32,000 nt of DNA, taken from NCBI RefSeq assembly GCF_000039765.1, contig NC_004460.2, forward strand, positions 420,001-452,000, in the 5' to 3' direction. Every line of letters starts with the position of its first letter. The first letter of the stretch is position 1. Shown here one piece after another: positions 1-7,595 of the stretch. The DNA comes from Vibrio vulnificus CMCP6. GTDB lineage: Bacteria; Pseudomonadota; Gammaproteobacteria; Enterobacterales; Vibrionaceae. The notes beneath the pieces were generated by a model. The model was given only the letters and a program-made list of their open reading frames with translations. It had not been told where the DNA came from and ran no database searches. The position numbers and the translations under genes were made by a program.

Positions 1-269
1 CCTGCCAGCATGTGCGCGCCATCCAGTTCACCATCAATCACGCGATCGAGCAGCACCTTCCAGTTGGCCTGCGCTTCTAGCGTCACATACAGCCCTTCAT
101 CCTCAAAAAATCCTTTTTCATAAGCGATCGCCAACGGTGCCATGTCGGTCAATTTGATAAAGCCAAACTTTAAGTCCTCTTTTTCAGCCTCGCCGACTTC
201 TGCGAGTACAACCGGTGAAGCAAACGCCAACCAACTTGTTAATACGCCAACTGTCCATCTCTTTTTCAT
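1..269 (-). CDS. nrtA: Nitrate/nitrite ABC-transporter periplasmic substrate-binding protein (NrtA/NasF family). Only the N-terminal 89 codons are present; the gene runs off the left edge.
   Basis: Hand translation from the ATG at 269-267 gives [89 protein letters not shown]. It has a signal peptide and the LKxGFIxLTDxAPLxxAxEKGFF motif I associate with NrtA/NasF/CmpA. GGAG lies 7 nt upstream of the ATG. It is absent from the ORF track because there is no stop in the window. Confidence 0.75.
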   Translation of the reverse strand, partial: MKKRWTVGVLTSWLAFASPVVLAEVGEAEKEDLKFGFIKLTDMAPLAIAYEKGFFEDEGLYVTLEAQANWKVLLDRVIDGELDGAHMLA

Positions 270-280
270 CGATTTTCTCC

Positions 281-317
281 AAAAAAAAAGCGCCACGACT
301 CCGAGGAGTCGTAGCGC
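281..317 (-). terminator. Intrinsic terminator inside the nrtA 5' leader (attenuator)
   Basis: The - strand reads GCGCUACGACUC-CUCG-GAGUCGUGGCGC, a 12-bp stem with one G-U pair, followed by nine U. It lies 11 nt upstream of the nrtA RBS/ATG and downstream of the candidate promoter. Confidence 0.7.
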
Positions 318-352
318 CGTTGCTTTCTCTGCAATTACCGCCGTTGATAATT
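313..352 (-). promoter_or_regulatory. Two tandem hexaloop hairpins, a candidate ANTAR-protein RNA target (antiterminator)
   Basis: The - strand reads AAUUAUC[AACGGC]GGUAAUU (352-333), then 8 nt, then AGC[AACGGC]GCU (324-313). The loops are identical, with A at position 1 and G at position 4. The 3' half of the second hairpin is part of the 5' arm of the terminator at 281-317. Confidence 0.45.
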
Positions 353-389
353 GAGATTCGCCATTCAACAATGTGTCTAAATAAAGCTA

Positions 390-405
390 TTCAATTAGTG
401 TGCCA
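390..405 (-). promoter_or_regulatory. sigma54-type -24/-12 promoter candidate for nrtA
   Basis: The - strand reads TGGCAC-ACTAA-TTGAA. The GG-to-G spacing is correct (11 nt), but the -12 element is GA rather than GC. Confidence 0.4.
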
Positions 406-534
406 ACGATATATTTACATAAAATCAGTACGTTATCGTTATGTTCTTTGCTGCTTCCTGCATCACTGCTTTGATTTAGTGCACGTCGCACCAATTGCAC
501 TTTTTTCTCTTACCCCCAAAGTAGTAGAACAACC

Positions 535-1113
535 TTACAGTGTGGTTAACGTCGCAATCACGTTTTTCGCAACTTGCAGCATGGGTTGACTGGTTTGCAT
601 CGCGGAACGACGCATCGCTTGATAGGCGGTTTCTTCGTCCACTTGTTGAAACTTCATCAGTAGACCTTTGGCTTTTTCAATCACTTTTCGCTCTTGCAAT
701 TTGTCATTTAAAAGCGCCACTTTCTCCTCCACCAGCAAGTAACTTTCTCTTAGTTGCGCGGCGTAGTCGATCCAAGGCGCTAAAGGCAAAGTGTTTTCTT
801 CTGGTAAAAACACACAGTCGTGGCAATCTTTTAACTGATTGAATTGGTGAGCAAAAACTTGGCGAAACAAGACCAACACCGGCCGCTTTTGTTGACGGCA
901 ATACTCAATGATCAACCGCACTTCGGCGCAAGGGGCGGACCACCCGACGACGACGCAGCTTTCCGCTTCTCGCCGCAGGATGTGTTCCAATTGCCCTAGC
1001 TGACACCCGAGCACTTGGTCATATTCTTTCGCCAATCGCTCTGCTAAATGCGCTTGTTGTGTTAATGAATCGCAGCAAACAATCATCGTCCTTTGATAAG
1101 ACTTTTTCGTCAT
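535..1113 (-). CDS. nasT: ANTAR-domain RNA-binding antiterminator with a pseudo-receiver N-domain (NasT/AmiR-like), 192 aa
   Basis: The C-terminal LQERKVIEKAKGLLMKFQQVDEETAYQAMRRSAMQTSQPMLQVAKNVI matches the ANTAR pattern. The N-terminal half is receiver-like. I chose the second ATG (1113) because AAGGA lies 6 nt upstream of it; the track start at 1119 abuts the SD. Confidence 0.8.
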   Translation of the reverse strand: MTKKSYQRTMIVCCDSLTQQAHLAERLAKEYDQVLGCQLGQLEHILRREAESCVVVGWSAPCAEVRLIIEYCRQQKRPVLVLFRQVFAHQFNQLKDCHDCVFLPEENTLPLAPWIDYAAQLRESYLLVEEKVALLNDKLQERKVIEKAKGLLMKFQQVDEETAYQAMRRSAMQTSQPMLQVAKNVIATLTTL

Positions 1114-1151
1114 AGACATTCCTTGTCGTTTTCGTTATTTCACTATGACAT

Positions 1152-1167
1152 AACAAGGAATGTGCCA
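1152..1167 (-). promoter_or_regulatory. sigma54-like -24/-12 element upstream of nasT (weak -12)
   Basis: The - strand reads TGGCAC-ATTCC-TTGTT with correct spacing, about 35 nt upstream of the nasT start. The -12 element is GT rather than GC. Confidence 0.3.
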
Positions 1168-1206
1168 CCTTGGGGAACGGGCCCATCGATAGCGCACAAA
1201 TAGTGC

Positions 1207-1239
1207 AAAAAGAACAGCCAAGGCAGACTGACCTTGGCC
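1207..1239 (-). terminator. Intrinsic terminator after the dienelactone hydrolase gene
   Basis: The - strand reads GCCAAGG-UCAGUCUG-CCUUGGC followed by UGUUCUUUUU. It starts about 30 nt after the stop at 1272. Confidence 0.6.
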
Positions 1240-1271
1240 GTGTGGATTAATGGATTCGTGGCAATGCGCCA

Positions 1272-2180
1272 CTAGGATTTGAGCTCGCGACGGAAAAACT
1301 CCACGGTTCTTTGCCAAGCCAACTCTGCCTCTTCTGGCGCATAACGGGCGGTCGAGTCGTTATGAAAGCCATGATTGACCTTCGGATAGATGAAGGCGTT
1401 GTAGCGAGCATTAATGGCTTTTAAATCTTGCTCATAGTCAGGCCAAGTGGCATTCACTCGTTGGTCGAGTTCGGCGAAATGGAGTTGAAGGGGCGCTTTG
1501 ATGTCGGCTCGTAACGATTTGTCTGCTGGCGTGCCATAAAACGGTACCCCAGCATTTAACTGTTCACCCATAACGGCCGCCAACATGTTCACCACATAGC
1601 CGCCAAAACAGAAACCAACCGCTCCTAGCTTGCCATTGCTCAGAGTATGCGTTTTGAGGTATTGCGCCGCGGCGATGAAATCTTGCTCTATTTTTGCTCT
1701 ATCGAGGTTCTTTTGCAGCTCACGGCCTTGGTCATCATTACCCGGATAACCGCCGACAGGCGCTAATGCATCCGGTGCAAAAGCGACAAACCCCTGCTTG
1801 GCTAAACGGCGTGCGACATCTTTGATGTAGGGGTTGAGGCCACGATTTTCATGCACCACGAGCACCACTGGTAGCGGCGTGGTCAGTTGCGTTGGCACCA
1901 CTAAATAGCCTTTGCCTTCGCCATGGCCTTTTGGTGAGGGGAACGTTTGATAACTGGCTTTGATATCGGGGTCATTAAACGACACTTGCTCCGCCTTTGC
2001 GTAATCCGGCAGCAGTGCCTCGGTTAATGTCGCAACGCTAAAGCCAAGCACCGCCAACCCGGCTAGGCGATTTAAAAACTCACGGCGGTCAATCTTGCCG
2101 TGCGCATACTCGTCATACCAATCAAAGGCTTCTTGTGGGATGGGTTGCTTTGTTGCTGAATTCGATGTTTTGCCAACCAT
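1272..2180 (-). CDS. Dienelactone hydrolase family protein with a twin-arginine (Tat) type signal, 302 aa
   Basis: It has a DRREFLNRLAGLAVLG RR-motif, VVHENRGL, and a GFCFGG nucleophile elbow (the G-x-C-x-G typical of DLH). The start was moved to the ATG at 2180 (MVGKT...) because AGGAG lies 8 nt upstream and the longer track ORF overlaps a hairpin. Confidence 0.8.
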   Translation of the reverse strand: MVGKTSNSATKQPIPQEAFDWYDEYAHGKIDRREFLNRLAGLAVLGFSVATLTEALLPDYAKAEQVSFNDPDIKASYQTFPSPKGHGEGKGYLVVPTQLTTPLPVVLVVHENRGLNPYIKDVARRLAKQGFVAFAPDALAPVGGYPGNDDQGRELQKNLDRAKIEQDFIAAAQYLKTHTLSNGKLGAVGFCFGGYVVNMLAAVMGEQLNAGVPFYGTPADKSLRADIKAPLQLHFAELDQRVNATWPDYEQDLKAINARYNAFIYPKVNHGFHNDSTARYAPEEAELAWQRTVEFFRRELKS

Positions 2181-2194
2181 GGTGTTCACTCCTA

Positions 2195-2237
2195 GAAATG
2201 GAAAAGCCAAACGGGGGAAATAGGCACCGTTTGGCTT
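2195..2237 (-). terminator. Hairpin / probable terminator between the TrpD2-like gene and the hydrolase gene
   Basis: A perfect 11-bp stem AAGCCAAACGG/CCGUUUGGCUU (2237-2227 and 2214-2204) has a 12-nt loop. On the - strand it is followed by the interrupted U-tract UUUCCAUUUC. Confidence 0.4.
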
Positions 2238-2309
2238 TAAAGATAGTTAACACCCTTGTATTCGACAAATATCCCCGCGCGGTAAGTTGCCGCGAACTAG
2301 GCTGCGATA

Positions 2310-3275
2310 CTAGGCCGAGATATTGACCGCCGCGCAGTATTGACGCCAAAAATCATGCGCCTTTTCCAGTGCCGCTTCTCGATCTTGCAGTTCGGTAAAC
2401 AGCAGCGCGGCTAAGGTTGCCACGATGGTGTTGGCCATCAGGTTCTTCTCGTCGTCCGGCGTTGCAAACGGACAGTTCTGCACAATCGCGATGTCTGAGC
2501 ACATTTGCTCAGTCCAATAATGAGAGGTGACCCCTTCCTGACCACTGAACCACACGGTTTGGCTCACTTTGGGATTAAACTCCGACTCTCCCGACTGGCC
2601 TTTAAATGAGATCACGCCGTGCTCGGTATAGCCAATTTCATCTTCCACTTCCGCGTGCAACTGCTGGAACCCGGGATGGAAACTGCCACGCAGGCCGATT
2701 TTCGCCCCGCCTGGGTTAAGCGCTCGAACCACGGTGTTGATCGGTGTTCTCAGACCATAACGGCTTTTCCAACCAATCATTTTCTCCGCCATCGGCGCAA
2801 AATTTCGCAGCGGCAGATAAACGATACCATCTTGCTCAAGCACTGTTTTCGCTTCTTGCGTAGAGCCCGCCTCACGCACACCTACCGCCTCTAAATAATG
2901 CTCTGCATGTTCACGCCCTGCGGGTTTGTCGTTGTATCCGTGGAGCAAAACTTTGTAGCCATTATTGGCAAAAATTTTTGCCGCAAGAAGATGCCAAGGC
3001 TTACCCGCAGAGGCGCGTTTTCCCGCATAACAAGGCCAATCAATATCTGCACCAAGGTTAGGTACTCGACTTTGGAAAGCTTTAACAAATCCCGCGATCT
3101 CTTGGCGAGTCTCATTTTGTACGCGGATCAGCATCAGCAGCATCGCCATCTGGTCATCACCCACTTGACCATCGAGATACTCATCCATGACTTGATAGGC
3201 TTGTTCAAACGTCAGGGGTTTGCGTCCACGCTCACCGCGTCCAACCGTGCGGATACATTCCAAAATTGTGCTCAT
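2310..3275 (-). CDS. Glycosyl transferase family 3 / anthranilate phosphoribosyltransferase-like protein (TrpD2/YbiB-like), 321 aa
   Basis: The N-terminal CIRTVGRGERGRKPL, MAMLLMLIRVQNETRQEIAGFVKAF and YAGKRASAGKPWHLLAAKIFANNGYKVLLHG line up, from memory, with E. coli YbiB (IIKEIGRGKNHARDL.., LIALRIKGEGEAEMLGFYEAM, SYNGARK..LLAILLHKLGFPVVVHG). Confidence 0.65.
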   Translation of the reverse strand: MSTILECIRTVGRGERGRKPLTFEQAYQVMDEYLDGQVGDDQMAMLLMLIRVQNETRQEIAGFVKAFQSRVPNLGADIDWPCYAGKRASAGKPWHLLAAKIFANNGYKVLLHGYNDKPAGREHAEHYLEAVGVREAGSTQEAKTVLEQDGIVYLPLRNFAPMAEKMIGWKSRYGLRTPINTVVRALNPGGAKIGLRGSFHPGFQQLHAEVEDEIGYTEHGVISFKGQSGESEFNPKVSQTVWFSGQEGVTSHYWTEQMCSDIAIVQNCPFATPDDEKNLMANTIVATLAALLFTELQDREAALEKAHDFWRQYCAAVNISA

Positions 3276-3341
3276 ACTTCCTCGTTGTTCTTTTGCTGCT
3301 TAGCTGCGGTCGTCCTTCTGGCTGCGACACTCATTCATCAA

Positions 3342-4235
3342 TCACTCATTAACAAATGAGGCGTTAGCCATGGGCGCGACTGCCGCAAGGGTGGTCTTTA
3401 ATCTTTCCCGCAGTTTGACGACTTCCCCCATAATGATCAATGCCGGACTCACCCCTTTTAGCGCCACTGCTGTTTTTTCCAACGTGGCCAGGGTTGTCAC
3501 GTACGTTTTCTGCTCAGGTGTCGAACCTTGCGTCACGATCGCAACGGGAAAATCTGCACGAACCCCCTGCCCGAGCAAGCCTTGCTCGATCGCGCGTGCC
3601 GATTCCAACCCCATGTAAAACACCAATGTTTGCCCCGCTTCAACAATTGCAGACCAAGCAGGAAGTGACCCCGTCACCACAGTGCCAGTCACGAGCGTGA
3701 CACTGCGCGCAACTTCTCGGTGTGTGAGCGGAATGGCACAGCTCGCCGCGCAGCCGATGGCCGCCGTGATGCCGGGAACCACACAGTAATGAATGTTGTG
3801 CTCAACCAGCGCTAACGCCTCTTCGCCGCCACGGCCAAAGATGAAGGGGTCACCCCCTTTGAGCCGAACGATTTTGCGTCCAAGTTGCGCAAAGCTGACG
3901 AGGATCTGATTGATCTCATCTTGCTTTAGACTCGGCTCACCACAGCGTTTACCCACATAAATTTTGTCCACGTGCTCTGGCACCAGTGCCAGAATTTCTT
4001 TGCTGACCAAGCGGTCATAAACCAACAGATCGCACTGTTGCAGCGCGTTGACCGCCTTCACCGTCAGCATTTCCGGATCGCCCGGCCCTGCGCCGACTAA
4101 GTAGACAAAACCCGATGCGGCCATCCCTGTTGACGTTGGGCGATTCTTGGCTTGCAACCTGCGTGATGAGTGGTAACTAATCGCATGTTCGCTATAGCTG
4201 CGATCGCGTAATTGAGTGCTGATGCTTGTATCCAT
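3342..4235 (-). CDS. cobA: Uroporphyrinogen-III C-methyltransferase (siroheme branch), 297 aa
   Basis: It has YLVGAGPGDPEMLTVKA, LKGGDPFIFGRGGEE and VVPGITAA motifs. The start is set at the ATG at 4235 (MDTSIS...) with AAGGAAAG upstream. The longer track start at 4340 would overlap the nasA 3' end. Confidence 0.85.
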   Translation of the reverse strand: MDTSISTQLRDRSYSEHAISYHSSRRLQAKNRPTSTGMAASGFVYLVGAGPGDPEMLTVKAVNALQQCDLLVYDRLVSKEILALVPEHVDKIYVGKRCGEPSLKQDEINQILVSFAQLGRKIVRLKGGDPFIFGRGGEEALALVEHNIHYCVVPGITAAIGCAASCAIPLTHREVARSVTLVTGTVVTGSLPAWSAIVEAGQTLVFYMGLESARAIEQGLLGQGVRADFPVAIVTQGSTPEQKTYVTTLATLEKTAVALKGVSPALIIMGEVVKLRERLKTTLAAVAPMANASFVNE

Positions 4236-4261
4236 AATGCTTTCCTTCGTTGCCGAGTGGA

Positions 4262-6907
4262 TTAACGGCTTGGCTGCGCGATGGCAGGGGCAAAATATTG
4301 TTTGAGCTGCGGGATGCACGACCCGCAATTGGTTCCACACTGGAGCTGGTTTTGCAATTGCGTCAGCGTGGTCACGCCCTTTTGCTCAATCGCTTGTTCT
4401 ATTTGCCTGTCCGTCACGCGCAGACAACTGCACACAAGCTGGCTAACTCGTGTGGCGAAGCCCGCTTGCATCAGTGCTTGCCAGTTGATGGGTTCACCAA
4501 TGAGCTTTTGTAACTGTTGATAGTCCGCTTTGAGTGGCTGTGACGAGGCGATGAAGATCGCTTGTAACTTGGCTTGGTTTGCTTCGTCTGTGTCACTTTG
4601 CAGTTGCAGTGTGATCCAACCGAGTTCATGCTGCCAACTCACGCGGCGAACCTGACTACCCGGCGGCAGATTTATCTCCGCCAGTTGCTGTGGTGGCAGC
4701 GTTAAGCTTGCAACGCGCCATACTCCGGATTGGTCTTGATGTTGGTATGCGCAATAGTCTGTTGCTATCGCAGGCGAGAAATCGCTGATCATCACACCAA
4801 AGCTGACGACCGGTGCTTTTTCTACCTCAACAAGGCTGGATTTAAACGCAGGCTGGCCCGAAATAGGGTCGCCCGAGGCACTGACCACAGCGTTGACTTG
4901 GCTCTGACCGCCATAGCGCCCAGCCCAATGCATGGACATAAACAGCTCACCAAACGCCATCGACTCATCAATGACCACCTTAGCCAACAGGGATTGCAGA
5001 GTGTCGGGATTGGTGATGTTTGCCAGCTCTCCTGCTTGCAGTTCAAGCTTTCCAGCCGACAGACGATTTAGATAGACGGAAGGCTCAAGCTCGCTTGCGG
5101 CCAGTTTCTCAATGTGACCCGTGCGTGTCATGGTATGCCATTGATCACGCTGACGTCCGCTATTTAAGCGCCAGAGTCCACGGCCAATTGACTCATCACG
5201 GCTGTTTGCCAACTCCGTCATGGCAACGAATCTGGCTTTGCCATCGGGATGAGAAAAACGACCATCCGCGTAGGGTGACTCTCCTCCCCATTGGGTTGGG
5301 CGCCACTGTTCGTAGGCTTCGTCACTGAGATTCTGATATTGAGCGAGATCCAACTTGTAATGGCTGTCACTATTGATGGCCGTGAGCCCTGCAAACTCAC
5401 GGAAAATCGCCGCTTCAGATTCAAACGCAAAGCCATTTTTCGCCTGCAACTTTAGCGATAAACGCGCGCCTACTTCACAGATGGCTTGCCAATCGGGTTT
5501 GGCTTCTCCTGGCGGGGAGATAAATCGACGCTGACGCGACATTCGCCGCTCAGAATTGGTGACCATGCCTTGCTTTTCTCCCCATCCAGCGGCGGGTAGC
5601 AACAAATCAGCGTAGTGTGCAACGTCTGAATCGGCAGTGATGTCTGACACAATCACACACGGGCATCGTTCGAGCGCTTGGCGTATCCATCGGTTATCAG
5701 GCATTGAAACCACCGGATTGGTGGCCATGATCCACAACACTTTGATTTCCCCTCGCTCGACAGCCTTAAACAGATCTAGCGCTTTTAAGCCGGGTTGTTC
5801 TGCAATGCGAGGCGATTGCCAAAACTGCTGCACAGCACGGATGGAATCAGGATCAAAACCTCGGTGAGCCGCCAACTGATTAGCGAGCCCACCCACTTCT
5901 CGTCCCCCCATGGCATTGGGCTGGCCCGTCAACGAAAAGGGCCCTGCGCCGCGCTTACCAATTTGCCCTGTGGCGAGATGTGCATTGATGATGGCATTGG
6001 CTTTATCCACCCCGTTTTGCGCTTGATTGACCCCTTGGCAAAACAGCGTCATCGTCGCGTTGCTGCGTGAAAACCATTGATAGAAAGTGCGCAGCGCTTG
6101 AATGTCGATGCCACAGTGAGACGCAACTTGCTCCAATTGATATGCCCCGCTCGAAACCAAAGCCTGTAGCGCGGCAAACCCTTGGGTATGTAACTCAATG
6201 AACTCGGTATCGATGCCCTTGTCACTGCCTTGCTGCTCGAGCAAATAAGCAAGCAAACCATGAAACAAGCTGACATCGCTGTCATTGGCGATGGGCAAAT
6301 GCAGGTCCGCTTGCTCGGCGGTGACGGTTTTACGTGGATCAATCACCACCAACTTGACGTTTGGATTGTTCTCACGGATCTGCTGAATACGGCGAAACAA
6401 CACGGGATGGGTCCACGCCGTGTTGGCACCACTGATCACGATCAGCTCCGCATGTTCGAGATCGTCATAACTCACGGGGACGACATCTTCACCAAAAGCT
6501 CGCACATGAGCGGCGACCGCAGAGGACATACATAAGCGCGAGTTGGTGTCGATGTTTGCGCTGCCCACATAGCCCTTCATCAACTTATTGGCAACGTAGT
6601 AGTCTTCGGTCAGCAATTGCCCTGATACGTACATGGCGACGGAATCCGGACCGTATTCTTCCATTGCCTGATGAAATCGCTGCGCAATCCAATCGCTTGC
6701 CAGCTCCCAACTGACTTGCTCACCCGAGAGCTTGGGGTAAAGCAAACGGCTCGGCATGTTTAAACTCTCCGCCAACGCCGCGCCTTTGACGCACAATGCG
6801 CCATGATTGGCAGGATGTTCTTTGTCTCCCACCAGCTCATCTGGCTTCACCTCCACACCACAACCTACCCCACAGTAAGGACACGTTGTTTTGCTGCATC
6901 CATGCAT
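4262..6907 (-). CDS. nasA: Assimilatory nitrate reductase catalytic subunit (molybdopterin oxidoreductase with a C-terminal BFD-like 2Fe-2S domain), 881 aa
   Basis: It has the N-terminal CPYCGVGCG Fe-S cysteine cluster, a long MopB-type body, and a C-terminal CSCLRVTDRQIEQAI...CGTNCGSC. AAAGGAG lies upstream of the ATG. Confidence 0.9.
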   Translation of the reverse strand: MHGCSKTTCPYCGVGCGVEVKPDELVGDKEHPANHGALCVKGAALAESLNMPSRLLYPKLSGEQVSWELASDWIAQRFHQAMEEYGPDSVAMYVSGQLLTEDYYVANKLMKGYVGSANIDTNSRLCMSSAVAAHVRAFGEDVVPVSYDDLEHAELIVISGANTAWTHPVLFRRIQQIRENNPNVKLVVIDPRKTVTAEQADLHLPIANDSDVSLFHGLLAYLLEQQGSDKGIDTEFIELHTQGFAALQALVSSGAYQLEQVASHCGIDIQALRTFYQWFSRSNATMTLFCQGVNQAQNGVDKANAIINAHLATGQIGKRGAGPFSLTGQPNAMGGREVGGLANQLAAHRGFDPDSIRAVQQFWQSPRIAEQPGLKALDLFKAVERGEIKVLWIMATNPVVSMPDNRWIRQALERCPCVIVSDITADSDVAHYADLLLPAAGWGEKQGMVTNSERRMSRQRRFISPPGEAKPDWQAICEVGARLSLKLQAKNGFAFESEAAIFREFAGLTAINSDSHYKLDLAQYQNLSDEAYEQWRPTQWGGESPYADGRFSHPDGKARFVAMTELANSRDESIGRGLWRLNSGRQRDQWHTMTRTGHIEKLAASELEPSVYLNRLSAGKLELQAGELANITNPDTLQSLLAKVVIDESMAFGELFMSMHWAGRYGGQSQVNAVVSASGDPISGQPAFKSSLVEVEKAPVVSFGVMISDFSPAIATDYCAYQHQDQSGVWRVASLTLPPQQLAEINLPPGSQVRRVSWQHELGWITLQLQSDTDEANQAKLQAIFIASSQPLKADYQQLQKLIGEPINWQALMQAGFATRVSQLVCSCLRVTDRQIEQAIEQKGVTTLTQLQNQLQCGTNCGSCIPQLKQYFAPAIAQPSR

Positions 6908-6926
6908 AGATAACTCCTTTAAAATG

Positions 6927-6957
6927 AAAAAAGCCCCTTCCGTTTCCAGAAGAGGCT
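6927..6957 (-). terminator. Intrinsic terminator inside the nasA 5' leader (attenuator)
   Basis: The - strand reads AGCCUCUUC-UGGAAACG-GAAGGGGCU (one G-U pair) followed by UUUUUU. The nasA RBS follows immediately, with the ATG at 6907. Confidence 0.65.
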
Positions 6958-6965
6958 TCGTTGCC
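6954..6965 (-). promoter_or_regulatory. Hexaloop hairpin overlapping the 5' arm of the nasA leader terminator (candidate ANTAR target half-site)
   Basis: The - strand reads GGC[AACGAA]GCC. The loop has A1 and G4, and the GCC is part of the terminator's 5' arm. Confidence 0.35.
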
Positions 6966-7018
6966 GTGACGTTGCTTAGTTTGTTTTATTGTTCAGCGCG
7001 TGACTGCAAAAGAGCAAT

Positions 7019-7034
7019 TGCAAACCAAGTGCCA
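7019..7034 (-). promoter_or_regulatory. sigma54 (RpoN) -24/-12 promoter for the nasA operon
   Basis: The - strand reads TGGCAC-TTGGT-TTGCA, a full match to the TGGCAC-N5-TTGCW core. It lies about 110 nt upstream of the nasA ATG. Confidence 0.6.
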
Positions 7035-7097
7035 AACCAAACAGTGTAATCATTTCAATCAATTAGCTCACAGTTATCGCGATACTCATGTTGATAA

Positions 7098-7136
7098 TGC
7101 ACAATGGCGGTGCACAATGTTGCCTTATTGTGCACC
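7098..7136. promoter_or_regulatory. NtrC-type enhancer site plus overlapping 10-bp palindrome upstream of the nasA sigma54 promoter
   Basis: TGCACA-ATGGC-GGTGCA (7098-7114) matches 11 of 12 positions of the enteric NtrC consensus TGCACC-N5-GGTGCA. GGTGCACAAT-N8-ATTGTGCACC (7109-7136) is a perfect inverted repeat. The sites are centred about 70-95 bp upstream of the -24 element. Confidence 0.45.
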
Positions 7137-7595
7137 TGTAGAGGCAGGGTTAAGCGCTGTACGACACATCACCAAACGGCTTTCACCATCATCAAAATAG
7201 TTTTCTTCCTCAATGAGGATTTCAAAGCCACAGGATTGATAGATGGCGCGCGCTGGCAGATTGTCTGGCGCAACCGTCAAATAGATTTTTTGGTAATGCG
7301 ACTGACGCGCTAGCGCATACTTCACCAATTTTTTGGCAATTCCTCGCCCTTGGTAAGCTGGCGATACTGCCAACGACAGCATCCAAGCTTCATTGCACTT
7401 GTCTGCCTTAGGTACAATCAGCACATACCCCGCAATCTGATGTTCACACTCAGCCACAATAAAACCACTACGCCAGCAATCATAAGCTTGACGTAAAAAG
7501 AACGCAGGATAACCGTGTTGAGCGAATAACTGTTTTTCCATCGCCTCGATATCGGGCAATTGTGAACGTTGGATATTTGAAAAAGAAAGACTCAT
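7125..7595 (-). CDS. GNAT family N-acetyltransferase (RimI-like), 156 aa
   Basis: It has the QGRGIAKKLV acetyl-CoA binding motif and a typical GNAT length. The track start at 7607 is a TTG; the ATG at 7595 (MSLSF...) is used here, but the start is uncertain. Confidence 0.8.
   Translation of the reverse strand: MSLSFSNIQRSQLPDIEAMEKQLFAQHGYPAFFLRQAYDCWRSGFIVAECEHQIAGYVLIVPKADKCNEAWMLSLAVSPAYQGRGIAKKLVKYALARQSHYQKIYLTVAPDNLPARAIYQSCGFEILIEEENYFDDGESRLVMCRTALNPASTGAQ

Noticed and set aside
142-589. + strand track ORFs 142-354 and 215-589 in the nrtA/nasT intergenic region
   Set aside because: They overlap the - strand nrtA coding start, the leader terminator and the promoter. They show no RBS and low-complexity composition, and the - strand interpretation explains the region.
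4236-4340. The longer 332-aa version of cobA starting at 4340
   Set aside because: It would overlap the 3' end of nasA by 79 nt and adds a Cys/His-rich non-homologous extension. The internal ATG at 4235 has a strong SD (AAGGAAAG).
7109-7136. The 10-bp palindrome GGTGCACAAT-N8-ATTGTGCACC as the terminator of the GNAT gene
   Set aside because: No U-tract follows it on the - strand, and it overlaps the last codons of the gene. The TGCAC/GTGCA content fits an NtrC-type protein-binding site better. A dual role cannot be excluded.
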